DNA from: Deltaproteobacteria bacterium
GTDB taxonomy: Bacteria; Myxococcota_A; UBA9160; SMWR01
Reading direction: 5' to 3'
Length of the DNA stretch: 64,000 nucleotides
NCBI GenBank assembly: GCA_032128375.1
Contig: JAQBGU010000096.1
Location: forward strand, 8,273 to 72,272
The notes beneath the pieces are model-generated. The model searched no databases and had not been told where the DNA came from. It saw only the letters and a program-made list of their open reading frames with translations. Positions 19,799 to 29,721 of the stretch are shown here, in pieces. The position numbers and the translations under genes were made by a program. Numbering within the stretch: the first letter of the stretch is position 1; every line of letters begins with the position of its first letter.

Positions 19799-22027
19799 TC
19801 AGGCCGGTTCGGCGCCGTCGATGCGGCGTCCCACGCTGAACAGCAACACCGCGATTGTGGCGGTCGCGCACACGGCTGCAACAGGGAGGTTCCAGCCGGA
19901 AACGAACACGGCGGGTAGGTATCCGCACACGATGGCGATGGCCGCGGTCGCAATCGCGTACGGCGTTTGCGTTCGGACATGATCGATGTGGTCACTTCCA
20001 CTCGAGACCGACGACAGCACGGTCGTGTCCGAGATCGGTGAGCAATGGTCTCCGAAGATGGATCCATCGAGCACAGCACCGATCGATACGATGACCATGC
20101 CGAAGGCACCCAGGGCGGTTTCCGGTCCCAGCGCGGATGCGAGGCCAACCACGTTCGGCAGCAGAATCGCCATCGTCGACCACGACGAGCCGGTTGCGAA
20201 AGAGACCGCGCAACCGACCAGGAACAGCAGCAAGGGCAGCAATACCGGCGGCAATGCGCCCGAGAGCAGCGCGACCAGATAGTCGGCTGTCGCCAGATCC
20301 GCGCAGACTGCTCCGATCATCCAGGCTTCTAACAACAAGACGACTGCGAATCCCAACGCGCCGGCCCCTCCGCGAGCGGCATGGAATAGCTCCGATGCGC
20401 GCAGATGGGGCCGCGATGTTGATCTACTCGCGAACGGCGCGCTCCAGGCCGTCGCGGTTGCCAGAGCCGCGAAGATGCCTGCATGTGCGAAATAACCAGG
20501 GACGGCTCCACCGCTGAACTCGACGACGGGGTCGCCCAACGCCGCTGAGCCGATCGCGCCGATCACAATCGCCAGCCGGGTGGTCGTCGAGCCGGCCAAG
20601 AAGACTGCGAGGCCGAGTCCGGCGCAGGCGCCTGCGAAAATCGGCGCAGCGCCGCCTCCCGCCAGCAGCACAGGGGTCAGCCCTTCGAGCGATAGCAGGC
20701 TGGCCGGTGCGCTGGCGAGAACCGCGAAACCACCGCCGTCCCAAAAGATCCGCAACACGGTCACCAACAGTGTCGCCCCCACCGGCAACGCGGCGATCAA
20801 TGGGTCTCCGGGCATCTGAGGCGCGGGTTCCATGCTCGAGAGCGCTTCGGAGATCGGAGCGCGTCCACCCCGCCGAACCAACAACCCCTGGCTCCTGGCT
20901 CGTCGCTCCGCGCGCGCCATCGGGCCGAAATCGCGACCGCTGGCGATCGTCAACGCGACAAACAACAGTGTAAACCAGCAGTAGTAGCGATATGGCAGGG
21001 CCTGAAGAAAGATCGAATATCCGCTCTGTGCGATGCCGACCTCCGGGAGCTGCGCACTGAACACAGACACCTCGAATGCGATCCATGTCGACAACAACGA
21101 AATTCCCGCGATGGGCGCGGCCGTGCTGTCGACGATGTACGCGAGCTTCTCCCTGGAGATCCGCAGCCGATCGGTCAGCGGCCTCATCGTCGAGCCGACC
21201 AACATGCAATTCGCATAGTCATCGAAGAAGATCAACAGTCCCATACCCCATGTCAGGAACAACGCGGAACGCACCGACCGCGCAAAGCGCAACATCCGCT
21301 CGACGAGCCCTTGGACACCGCCGGCGCGGGTCATCACTCCGATCATCGCCACGAGCGCTACCACGAAGCCAATGATTTCGATGCGAAAGGTGTCGAACAG
21401 TTCGTTCCACAGGTAGACCGCTGCCACATCGCGCAGCCCAACCAGCCAGGCCATGCCGGTAGCTCCCTGCTCCACGGCCATCAGCGTCGACCCGGCGTAG
21501 ATTCCGATGAACAACGCGAGCAAGGTGCGTCTCGTCACCAACGCGATCGCAATCGCGATTAGCGGCGGCAACAGCGCGCTGCGCCCGGGCAGGCTCCGCG
21601 AAGCCCCCGCGGCGATCTCGACGACGCGGTCGGCGACAGTCGCAGTGACCGAAACGCGGTCGCCGACAGAGACGATCTCGAACTGGAGCGCGATATTGTC
21701 CGTTGCTGTGTCTGGCCCGGAGCCAACCTCCAATCGCGCCCGATCGGCCCGACGCTGCTCGGAATATCGGTTCAGGTTCGCCGCGAGCACCCGTTCGAAC
21801 GCTGGTTCGTGGATCGTCGCGCCATCGATCCGAAACGAGGCCGTCAGTGACGGGTCCTCGCGATCCGCCAGTAGCTCGTCCAGTGAACGAAACAACGAAG
21901 TGCGTATTGGCTCGGCCTGCCCGATCGCGCGCAGGTCGTCGCCGAGCAAATGGCCGACCGCGAGAGCCACCAGTTCGGATCGGTCTGCGGCCGGCCAGAG
22001 CAGAGCCGCAGACAACGCGAGGCCCAC
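19799..22027 (-). CDS. Na+/H+ antiporter NhaC-family protein with N-terminal extracytoplasmic extension
   Basis: [39 protein letters not shown] and HVRTQ motifs. Confidence 0.88.
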   Translation of the reverse strand: MGLALSAALLWPAADRSELVALAVGHLLGDDLRAIGQAEPIRTSLFRSLDELLADREDPSLTASFRIDGATIHEPAFERVLAANLNRYSEQRRADRARLEVGSGPDTATDNIALQFEIVSVGDRVSVTATVADRVVEIAAGASRSLPGRSALLPPLIAIAIALVTRRTLLALFIGIYAGSTLMAVEQGATGMAWLVGLRDVAAVYLWNELFDTFRIEIIGFVVALVAMIGVMTRAGGVQGLVERMLRFARSVRSALFLTWGMGLLIFFDDYANCMLVGSTMRPLTDRLRISREKLAYIVDSTAAPIAGISLLSTWIAFEVSVFSAQLPEVGIAQSGYSIFLQALPYRYYCWFTLLFVALTIASGRDFGPMARAERRARSQGLLVRRGGRAPISEALSSMEPAPQMPGDPLIAALPVGATLLVTVLRIFWDGGGFAVLASAPASLLSLEGLTPVLLAGGGAAPIFAGACAGLGLAVFLAGSTTTRLAIVIGAIGSAALGDPVVEFSGGAVPGYFAHAGIFAALATATAWSAPFASRSTSRPHLRASELFHAARGGAGALGFAVVLLLEAWMIGAVCADLATADYLVALLSGALPPVLLPLLLFLVGCAVSFATGSSWSTMAILLPNVVGLASALGPETALGAFGMVIVSIGAVLDGSIFGDHCSPISDTTVLSSVSSGSDHIDHVRTQTPYAIATAAIAIVCGYLPAVFVSGWNLPVAAVCATATIAVLLFSVGRRIDGAEPA

Positions 22028-22165
22028 CGCGAGGGAGATGCCTCGCGACCAAGCGGACGACGCTCCGCTGGAGGTGCCCGCCAGGGTTCTACCCCCGCTT
22101 TGTCGGCAAGTGGATGAGCATAGAGCCGGACCCGCCGGCCGTGTCGACCGTGACGAAGGTCGGAC

Positions 22166-24193
22166 CTACAGAAACGGAATCATCAGCAACGCGACGACGT
22201 TGATCAACTTGAGCATCGGGTTGATGGCCGGCCCCGCTGTATCCTTGTACGGGTCGCCGACGGTGTCTCCGGTCACAGCCGCCTTGTGCGCTTCGGAGCC
22301 CTTGCCGCCGTACTGGCCCATCTCGATGTACTTCTTCGCGTTGTCCCAGGCCGCCCCGCCGGTCGTCATCGAGAGCGCCACGCAGACACCCGAGACGATC
22401 GATCCGATCAGCAGGCCACCCAGCGCATCGGCGCCGAGTGAGATGCCAACGACGATCGGGATCACCGCCGGGATCAACGCGGGAGCGATCATTTGCCGGA
22501 GTGCCTCCTGGGTGACGATGTCGACGCAAGTGCGATAATCGGGCTTGCCCGTGCCTTCCATGATGCCTTCGATTTCGCGGAACTGGCGTCGCACTTCGTC
22601 GACCACCTTGCCACCTGCGACACTGACGGCGTCCATCGCCAAGGACGCAAAAATGAACGGAATCATCGCTCCGATGAACAAGCCGGCCAGTACATCGGGA
22701 TTCGACAGATCGAAGTTTGCCTCCACCCCGACGCTGCGCAGGTCCGCAATGTAGGTGGCGAACAGCACCACTGCGGCGAGCGCAGCAGACGCGATCGCAT
22801 AGCCTTTGGTAACGGCCTTCGTGGTGTTTCCGAACGCGTCGAGCGGGTCGGTCACGGCGCGCACCTCGTCGCCGAGGTCGGCCATTTCGGCGATGCCGCC
22901 GGCGTTGTCGGTGATCGGCCCATAGGCGTCGATCGAGACCACGAGGCCGGCCAACGACAGCATACTCATCGCCGCGATCGATACTCCGCAAAGACCCGCG
23001 AGGCTATAGGTCGTCACGATCGCCACGACGATTAGGACGACCGGCACGACGGTGGCCTGCATGCCTACCGCGAGGCCACTGATCACGTTGGTGCCGTGCC
23101 CGCCCTCGCTCGCCTTCGCAATGCGATCGACGAAGCGCGAACCGTCGCCCGTGTAGATGTCTGTGATCCACATCATCGCACCCGTAACGACGCCGCCGAC
23201 TAGCGCACAGAACCAAAGGCTGACACCCCCAAGATCTACCCCCTGGGCGTCGCTGTCCGGGAAATCGACAAACAGATTCACGACGAGCAACAGTGCCAGC
23301 ATCAGACCGGTCGCGACCGCCAAGCCCAGATACATCGCCCCCATCACCGCAGGCTGCTGTCCGGCGACCGGTTCATCGATCTTCACGAAGCGCAGCGCTG
23401 CCAGGGTTCCAATGATGCCAACCGCGCCTACCACGAGCGGGTACAAGAACATCGTCGCGTTGCCGGGAAAAATGATGTGTGCCAGCAGCATGGCCGCTGC
23501 AGCCGTCACGCAGAAGGTCTCGAACAAGTCGGCCGCCATGCCCGCACAGTCGCCCACATTGTCGCCCACGTTGTCGGCGATCACGGCCGGATTTCGCGGA
23601 TCGTCTTCGGGAATGTTCGCCTCGACCTTTCCGACCAGGTCCGCGCCGACATCGGCGCCCTTGGTAAAAATGCCACCACCGAGTCGCGCGAATACCGAGA
23701 TGAGAGATCCACCGAACGCCAACCCGATCAACGCGTCGGGCTCCGTTTTGCCGTTGGCATGCATCATCCAGACGACCAGTACGAGGCAGAGCAGACCGGC
23801 ACCGACCACGATCAGACCGGTCACGGTGCCGCCCTGGAAGGCCAAGTTGAACGCGCGGCTGTAACCGGATTTCGCAGCCTCTGCGACGCGCACGTTGGCG
23901 CTCACCGATACGTTCATGCCGATGAAGCCGGCGAGCGCACTCGCGGTGGCACCCAGCAAGAACCCACCGGCGTACCACCAGCCCAGCAACACGCCGATCA
24001 GCAGCATGATGGGTGCGCCGACCATTGCGACGGTCCGGTACTGGCGGTTCAGGAATGCGGATGCCCCGGCGCTGATCGCGGCCGCGATCTCGTTGGCACG
24101 CTCATGAGTAGCGGGTGCGGCTAGCACGACGCGGTAGAGCCAAGCGCCGGTGCCGAGGGCGAACAGCGCTGCCACGAAGGCGATGATGACCAT
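22166..24193 (-). CDS. hppA: Membrane-bound H+-translocating pyrophosphatase, K+-independent type
   Basis: [32 protein letters not shown] and [10 protein letters not shown] motifs. GNTTKA carries Lys at the K+ site. ATG 24193 with GGAG upstream. Confidence 0.95.
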   Translation of the reverse strand: MVIIAFVAALFALGTGAWLYRVVLAAPATHERANEIAAAISAGASAFLNRQYRTVAMVGAPIMLLIGVLLGWWYAGGFLLGATASALAGFIGMNVSVSANVRVAEAAKSGYSRAFNLAFQGGTVTGLIVVGAGLLCLVLVVWMMHANGKTEPDALIGLAFGGSLISVFARLGGGIFTKGADVGADLVGKVEANIPEDDPRNPAVIADNVGDNVGDCAGMAADLFETFCVTAAAAMLLAHIIFPGNATMFLYPLVVGAVGIIGTLAALRFVKIDEPVAGQQPAVMGAMYLGLAVATGLMLALLLVVNLFVDFPDSDAQGVDLGGVSLWFCALVGGVVTGAMMWITDIYTGDGSRFVDRIAKASEGGHGTNVISGLAVGMQATVVPVVLIVVAIVTTYSLAGLCGVSIAAMSMLSLAGLVVSIDAYGPITDNAGGIAEMADLGDEVRAVTDPLDAFGNTTKAVTKGYAIASAALAAVVLFATYIADLRSVGVEANFDLSNPDVLAGLFIGAMIPFIFASLAMDAVSVAGGKVVDEVRRQFREIEGIMEGTGKPDYRTCVDIVTQEALRQMIAPALIPAVIPIVVGISLGADALGGLLIGSIVSGVCVALSMTTGGAAWDNAKKYIEMGQYGGKGSEAHKAAVTGDTVGDPYKDTAGPAINPMLKLINVVALLMIPFL

Positions 24194-24241
24194 TTGGCGG
24201 TGTCTCCAACTCTGTCGAATTACGGGGTCGTTGCGCGCTTC

Positions 24242-24330
24242 GGTCGCACGCTGCGACCTCGGGTGACAGTCCGGGGAACTCCCACGGTGACTGTTCGCCG
24301 CCCGTCCATTCGGGGCGGAAATGGGCGGCG
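24242..24330 (-). promoter_or_regulatory. Three tandem hairpins in the hppA 5' leader (candidate cis-regulatory RNA)
   Basis: Inverted repeats GGTCGCA/TGCGACC (24242-24258), ACAGTC/GACTGT (24266-24294) and CGCCGCCC/GGGCGGCG (24296-24330). Confidence 0.35.
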
Positions 24331-24549
24331 GGACACTAGACGGCTGGGCCCGAATCGTCCAGTACTTGCTGGCTCTTTTGCCACAGACGCGCCCGGTCCG
24401 GCCGGTTGCCATTCGAGCGAGCGGTGCGGATCTTGCCTATTACCTGATTGGCTACTTTCCGACTATCAATCGCTGCGAATCGGTGGCTGCGACGACTTGC
24501 TTGCTCGTGAAACATGCCGTGGGCGACGATCGGCATACGGGGAGATCCC

Positions 24550-26097
24550 ATGAACGGAGCCGAAGCCGCGATCCGAACAGCGATTCGAGCCGGGGTCGAC
24601 GTGTGTTTTGCGAATCCGGGCACAACCGAACTCGCATGGGTTCAGGCGCTGGACTCGGTGGGCGGTATCCGGGCGGTTCTCGGGCTGTTCGAGGGTGTCT
24701 GCACTGGCGCCGCAGACGGCTACGGACGCATGACCGATCGCCCCGGCTTGACTCTGCTTCACCTTGGACCCGGCTTTGCCAACGGGATCGCCAATCTCCA
24801 CAACGCGCGGCGCGCGCGATCGCCGATCGTCAACCTGATCGGGGATCACGCGAGCTGGCACCTGGCCGCCGACGCACCGCTGACATCGGATATCACCTCC
24901 CTGGCGACTCCGGTATCGAACTGGATCCGAAACAACACTTCAGCGGCCACACTCGCTTCGGATCTGGCCGAAGCGTGGGCCGAAGCAGCCGGAATCCCCG
25001 GCCGGATCGCGACCCTGATCGCTCCGACCGACTTCCAACTGGGTGAAGGCCAACCTGTCAAGGCACCGCCGCGGCGCGCCACACCCGGGATCGACGCGGA
25101 CCGAATCTCTCGCGCCGCGAAGGCGCTCCGCGGCGCACAACGGCCGCTATTTTTCGTCGGAGGACGCGCGCTACGCGAGCCAGGCCTTCGCGCGGCCGCT
25201 CGGATCGCCGCCTCGACCGGGGCACGCATCGTCTGCGAGACCTTCCCCGCGCGGCTCGAGCGTGGTGGCGACCTTCCGGCGATCGAGCGACTCCCCTACT
25301 TCCCCGACCAGGCGATCGAAGCGATCTGCGAACACGACGTCATCGTCCTCGCCGGCGCGAACGCTCCGGTTTCGTTCTTTGGCTACGAGGGCATCCCGAG
25401 CTTGCTGGCGGGGCCGGATACACAGATTGTTGCGCTTTCGAGTCCAGAGCAAGACGTCGAGGGTTCGCTTCAGAACCTCGCAGACGCATTGACGGGAAGC
25501 GGAGATTCGCCGGTAGCTGGCGCCAGCCAGCCGCGCGCGGAGGCACCCAAGGGGGCACTCCACCCAGCGAGCCTCGGGCTCGCGCTGGCTGCCGCCCAGC
25601 CAGAGGGGGCAATCGTCGTCGACGAGGGCGCGACGAGCGGAATGCCGTATTTCCTGGCTGCGGCCGGCGCCCCACGACACACGTATCTGGGGCTCACAGG
25701 CGGAGCAATCGGCCAGGGCTTGCCCTGTGCGACCGGTGCTGCAATCGGCTGTCCAGATCGGCAGGTGATCGCGCTGCAAGCGGACGGCAGCGGCGCCTAT
25801 ACCGTCCAGGCCTTGTGGACGCAGGCGCGCGAGTCGCTCGACGTAGTCACCCTACTTTGTTCGAATCGGGCCTATCGGATTCTACAGGTCGAACTCGGGC
25901 GCGCCGGGGTAGCCGAACCGGGCCCGATCGCGAAGTCGTTGACCGATCTGTCTCGGCCGACACTCGATTGGGTATCACTCGCCCAGGGCTTTGGCGTCCC
26001 AGCCGCTCGCGTAGAGACCGCAGACGAGTTGAACGTCCAACTCGAGATCGCATTCGCAGAGTCGGGTCCCCGCTTGATCGAATTGGAGCTGGGTTGA
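24550..26097 (+). CDS. ThDP-dependent enzyme, acetolactate synthase large subunit-like
   Basis: MNGAE...FANPGTTE, LFEGVCTGAADGYGR, and ThDP motif ADGSGAYT...N. GGAG before ATG 24550. No ilvH/ilvN adjacent. Confidence 0.88.
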   Translation: MNGAEAAIRTAIRAGVDVCFANPGTTELAWVQALDSVGGIRAVLGLFEGVCTGAADGYGRMTDRPGLTLLHLGPGFANGIANLHNARRARSPIVNLIGDHASWHLAADAPLTSDITSLATPVSNWIRNNTSAATLASDLAEAWAEAAGIPGRIATLIAPTDFQLGEGQPVKAPPRRATPGIDADRISRAAKALRGAQRPLFFVGGRALREPGLRAAARIAASTGARIVCETFPARLERGGDLPAIERLPYFPDQAIEAICEHDVIVLAGANAPVSFFGYEGIPSLLAGPDTQIVALSSPEQDVEGSLQNLADALTGSGDSPVAGASQPRAEAPKGALHPASLGLALAAAQPEGAIVVDEGATSGMPYFLAAAGAPRHTYLGLTGGAIGQGLPCATGAAIGCPDRQVIALQADGSGAYTVQALWTQARESLDVVTLLCSNRAYRILQVELGRAGVAEPGPIAKSLTDLSRPTLDWVSLAQGFGVPAARVETADELNVQLEIAFAESGPRLIELELG

Positions 26098-26113
26098 AGT
26101 AGCCGCCGCCGGC

Positions 26114-26362
26114 CTAGCGCTTGCGCGGATGCACGGAGACGCAGTCGACCCATTTGTCGCGGGTAATCAGAGTCGAGTCCCGAAACACGACGCGACAAAG
26201 TCGTTCATCAGATGAGACTTCGGTCAGCACGCCGATGCCCGACCACACTTCGGCCGCCGAGTGATCGACGAACACCGGAGTTCCCTTGTTGGGGAGGCAC
26301 GCAAGGACCGCCGTGCCGCAGCAGGCTGCCGCAATGACTGCCAGAATCCAGCGTGCGCCCAT
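26114..26362 (-). CDS. Small putative lipoprotein (82 aa)
   Basis: MGARWILAVIAAACCGTAVLA-C lipobox-like signal followed by a beta-rich mature part. Confidence 0.55.
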   Translation of the reverse strand: MGARWILAVIAAACCGTAVLACLPNKGTPVFVDHSAAEVWSGIGVLTEVSSDERLCRVVFRDSTLITRDKWVDCVSVHPRKR

Positions 26363-26566
26363 GCGCTTCGAATCGGCCGCTCCGAGGCCAAACTGAAGCC
26401 TGCTTTGCCAGCAGTCCGCTGAATAACCCTGACCGAGCCAGCTGCGGTCATTTGGCCCAGAAGTGGCGGTCAAGGCCACCGATGCGTGCCGGCATCGCCG
26501 GCCGTCTCGGCGCGTAACCCAGCTCTCTCTGGCGCGAGGTTTCGGAACGCAGAGATCCGGTCGAAG

Positions 26567-26600
26567 GTCCGTCGGGCGACTGAAGCGTTGTTCGACGGAC
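26567..26600. terminator. Inverted repeat downstream of the GT-C gene
   Basis: Perfect 8-bp stem GTCCGTCG/CGACGGAC, extendable by G-U pairs on the + strand, about 10 nt past the stop at 26610. No clear U-tract. Confidence 0.3.
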
Positions 26601-26609
26601 TGCCTCGCC

Positions 26610-28313
26610 TCAGCGCGGCCCGCTGACCCGACCCAGCTGGAAATGTTCGATCGGCTCGTTCGACCAACCCCACGGCACGTAGCCGGAACGGTGGCTGTAG
26701 AAACCCACACCGGCGTCGGCGTTGGTCGTTCGCAATGGCAACCAACTGCGGAAGCTGCGACTCCAGACCTGGCGCATACGGTACTCGGACATGTTCTGGC
26801 TGACATCGAGTTGGGCCACATTGCGCGCGGTCGCGATCCAGTCGCCGGCGGCGAGATCCGTTCGACCGTACATCGGAGGGACCACTGCATGGAAACCCTT
26901 CCGCTCGAGATAGTGCTGAAGTCCCCATTGTCCGACGAAGTAGCGCGCACCAGCCTGGTCACCGATTTCCGACGCGATGTTCCCGGCTGCCGTCCGATAG
27001 GAGTTGGCCTGTTCCATGTCGGCCCAGGCGAGCAAAAATGACAAGGGCATTGCGACCATGGCGACAGCGATGCTCGCTGCTCTGGTTGGCCGCATGTCCT
27101 GATCTCGAAACAACAACAACAGCAGCGGCGGCGCAGCAAGCAGCGCGTCCGCCGCGTTCACGTGCCAGTTCAAGAACATCGAAAAGAACAACGTGCCGCC
27201 GAGCCACAACAACAAGAACCGATCCGTCGAGTCGCCCAGCAATAGCGTCGGCCGCAGGCTCCTGGCGACGAGCAGGAAGCCGCCCGCAAAACCGACTGCA
27301 GCGAGCATCGAACCTTCAATATCGAGCGGAACCCGCCGGGGCGGATCGCCTTCCGGCAGCACGTAGACCACCACGGCCGTCCCGATCAGCAGTCCGGCCA
27401 CCGCGAGTTCGATGCCCTTCGATCCGCGCAGCAGCACCCGCAGCCAGATCGCGATCGGAAACAGCAGCGCCGCACCGGTGTAGACGAACGTCGTCGAAGT
27501 GTGATTCCAGAACTCAGCACTCTGCCATTTTTTCATGTCGGTGACGACATCGGTAGATCCGAGAAAATGGACTTCGCCGTAAACGGCGTGCGTGTACGCT
27601 CCCCACACAGTCCAGATCGCGATTGGCACCCCGACGACACGCAACATCTGCGCCACCGGCTTCCAGCCCAGCGGTCTCGACAGGAGCACGACACCGGCAG
27701 CGAGCAGCGGCGCGGTGGAAAAGCCCACGTACTTCATCAATCCGGCTGCCCCCGCGCAGAACCCGGCCGTCCAGCCCCAGCGCGCGAGACCGGTTTCGTT
27801 CGCGCGCAGCAGCGCAAGAACACTCATGAGCCACAGCGCGAGGGTCGGGATATCGAGCATCAACGTGGTCGCGAGCACCAGGAACGCAGGCGTCGCAACC
27901 AGCAGCGCGGTCGGCGCGACCCCGTCGCCACACAGGCGACGACTGATTCCCAGAAACGCGAGTGCCGCGATCAACGGAAACGGCAGGAGCGCCGCGTGTA
28001 ACACCGCATCCGACTCTCCGAACAATGCGATGAACGGTGCCAGGTAATACGAAAGCAGCGGCGGATTGCGGTTGAAGACGGCGGCCTTCGGTGACGTCGG
28101 GTCCCAGATCATCTCGAAGCCGTACGGATCGCTGGGGTCAATCAAGATCTGCTGAGCGACCTCGACGAACACGGGACCGTCGATCGAGATCGCCCCGGGA
28201 ACAAATGCCAGCAGGGGCAACACCACCCACGCGATGAGCCACCCTATTTCCCAGTCGCGACCGCGCGGGTTCGATCGATTGCGCAGCGAGTTCGGCGGCG
28301 AGTCAGCCATCAC
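26610..28313 (-). CDS. GT-C fold (ArnT/PMT-like) membrane glycosyltransferase
   Basis: SIDGP after TM1, NPPLLSYY, MLDIP and MKY motifs. GQWGLQHY and GFYS in the C-terminal domain are shared with 1196-2896. Confidence 0.75.
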   Translation of the reverse strand: MMADSPPNSLRNRSNPRGRDWEIGWLIAWVVLPLLAFVPGAISIDGPVFVEVAQQILIDPSDPYGFEMIWDPTSPKAAVFNRNPPLLSYYLAPFIALFGESDAVLHAALLPFPLIAALAFLGISRRLCGDGVAPTALLVATPAFLVLATTLMLDIPTLALWLMSVLALLRANETGLARWGWTAGFCAGAAGLMKYVGFSTAPLLAAGVVLLSRPLGWKPVAQMLRVVGVPIAIWTVWGAYTHAVYGEVHFLGSTDVVTDMKKWQSAEFWNHTSTTFVYTGAALLFPIAIWLRVLLRGSKGIELAVAGLLIGTAVVVYVLPEGDPPRRVPLDIEGSMLAAVGFAGGFLLVARSLRPTLLLGDSTDRFLLLWLGGTLFFSMFLNWHVNAADALLAAPPLLLLLFRDQDMRPTRAASIAVAMVAMPLSFLLAWADMEQANSYRTAAGNIASEIGDQAGARYFVGQWGLQHYLERKGFHAVVPPMYGRTDLAAGDWIATARNVAQLDVSQNMSEYRMRQVWSRSFRSWLPLRTTNADAGVGFYSHRSGYVPWGWSNEPIEHFQLGRVSGPR

Positions 28314-28316
28314 GCT

Positions 28317-29642
28317 TCATTCGGTCGGGGGAGGTGGCTCTTCGCCCTCGAAATACCCGAGGCTCCGGAGTTGATCGAGGATCTCCGCCTCCATTCCCGA
28401 CTCGCCGTCCTCAACGTATTCGATGGGTGTTGTGTCGTGGCTCGGGATCGAAGGCCCGGGTGGGAGATCGATGAACGCCGCCGGCCGGCCGGCCATGTCC
28501 GCGCCGATCGGTATTCCAAGCCAGCGCAACACGCTGGGTGTGACGTCGTTCACCGATACCCATTCATCTTTGGGCGGAATCGAGATATGTGGACCACTCG
28601 CAAAGAACAGACCATCCAATGCGCGTGGCGAGTCGTGCACGCCGGTGAGCACCATCATCTTTGTGCCGGCTTCGAAACCGTGATCGGACACAACCAGGAC
28701 CAGATCATCGGGTCCGAAGCCACGGGCCAGTTCTCCGATTAGCGCATCGGTGTAGCGATAATATTGGTGCAAGGCGTCATGCATCGCGGCTTTCTTTGCA
28801 TCGGTCAGTCCGTATTCACCCTGATAGGCGCTGTCCGGCTCGACGCCGAACCAGAGCCGATGGGACACGCGATCGATTCCCGGCAGGAAGACCATCAACA
28901 AATCGGGTCGCAGCTCCTGATCGACCGCGGATGCGATGCGCGTTACCACCTGATCGTTTCGGTAGCGTTGCGACAGCTTCCCAGGGAGGATCCATTCCGG
29001 AAACACGGACGCGTCGGCAAATGGGTCGCCGATCTCGGTCAGTGGCTCTTCTTCGGCCACCAGCGCGTCGACCTTCTCTTGCCATTGCGCTGGAAAAACG
29101 ATCGATCCAGTCGCTGTGTCCGACGTGTCACTCGCGATTCGCCGCCGCCCTGCGAGCTCCATGGGAAGCAGGTGGTCAGAGACGATGACGCCGTTGACCT
29201 TCTCCAGAGGGAATGTGGTCCACCAGTTGATGACGGCTACTTTGAAACCGGCATCCGAAGCGATGTTCCACAGCGCGTGCGCGGTCCGGTCACGGCTGCT
29301 GAACAAGTGACGGCTGCCATCAGGCTCGATCTTCGAAAAGTTCAGGATCCCGTGTTGGGTTGGCACTTTGCCGGTGGCAATCGACGCCCAGATGCGGGGG
29401 GAAATGAGCGGTAGGTGCGATCGCAAAGCGCCAAACACACCTTCGGAGCCCAGCTTCGAGAGGTTAGGCAACTCGCCCCGATCGAGCATGGGGCGTGCGA
29501 TTCGCAGTGTCGCGCCATCGATCCCCACAAGCAGCACACGCCCGCGAACTCTCGGCTCGCTACCGCAGCCGACCCAGCAAAGGCAGACGACCAACAGGAT
29601 CGCAAGCGCCAGCGCGGCTGGCGCGGTGAATCGGCAATGCAC
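28317..29642 (-). CDS. Alkaline-phosphatase-superfamily (NPP/phosphodiesterase-like) lipoprotein
   Basis: WVG-C lipobox-like signal, GIDGA, SPRIWASIATG, DRVSH, SDHG, and C-terminal LRSLGY. Confidence 0.85.
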   Translation of the reverse strand: MHCRFTAPAALALAILLVVCLCWVGCGSEPRVRGRVLLVGIDGATLRIARPMLDRGELPNLSKLGSEGVFGALRSHLPLISPRIWASIATGKVPTQHGILNFSKIEPDGSRHLFSSRDRTAHALWNIASDAGFKVAVINWWTTFPLEKVNGVIVSDHLLPMELAGRRRIASDTSDTATGSIVFPAQWQEKVDALVAEEEPLTEIGDPFADASVFPEWILPGKLSQRYRNDQVVTRIASAVDQELRPDLLMVFLPGIDRVSHRLWFGVEPDSAYQGEYGLTDAKKAAMHDALHQYYRYTDALIGELARGFGPDDLVLVVSDHGFEAGTKMMVLTGVHDSPRALDGLFFASGPHISIPPKDEWVSVNDVTPSVLRWLGIPIGADMAGRPAAFIDLPPGPSIPSHDTTPIEYVEDGESGMEAEILDQLRSLGYFEGEEPPPPTE

Positions 29643-29721
29643 ACCACACCCCGCAAAAAACCCGGATCAACATAGAGCACGCGGCGAGCTACTGCTGCCG
29701 AGGTCCGGTCCCGCCGATAGA

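Noticed and set aside
22166..24193. Na+-pumping pyrophosphatase, suggested by the neighbouring NhaC gene
   Set aside because: Na+-PPases are K+-dependent with Ala at the GNxxA site; this protein has GNTTK.
24194..24412. N-terminal extension of HppA in the ORF track; similar over-long starts at 2808, 5507, 11226, 29368, 33530, 36376, 48429 and 49262
   Set aside because: The extensions are low-complexity or overlap neighbours. Downstream starts fit RBS position, gene coupling or family N-termini better.
24550..26097. Biosynthetic ilvB/ilvI
   Set aside because: No regulatory subunit or ilvC nearby, and the NPGTTE-type sequence fits the ALS-like ThDP family of uncertain substrate.
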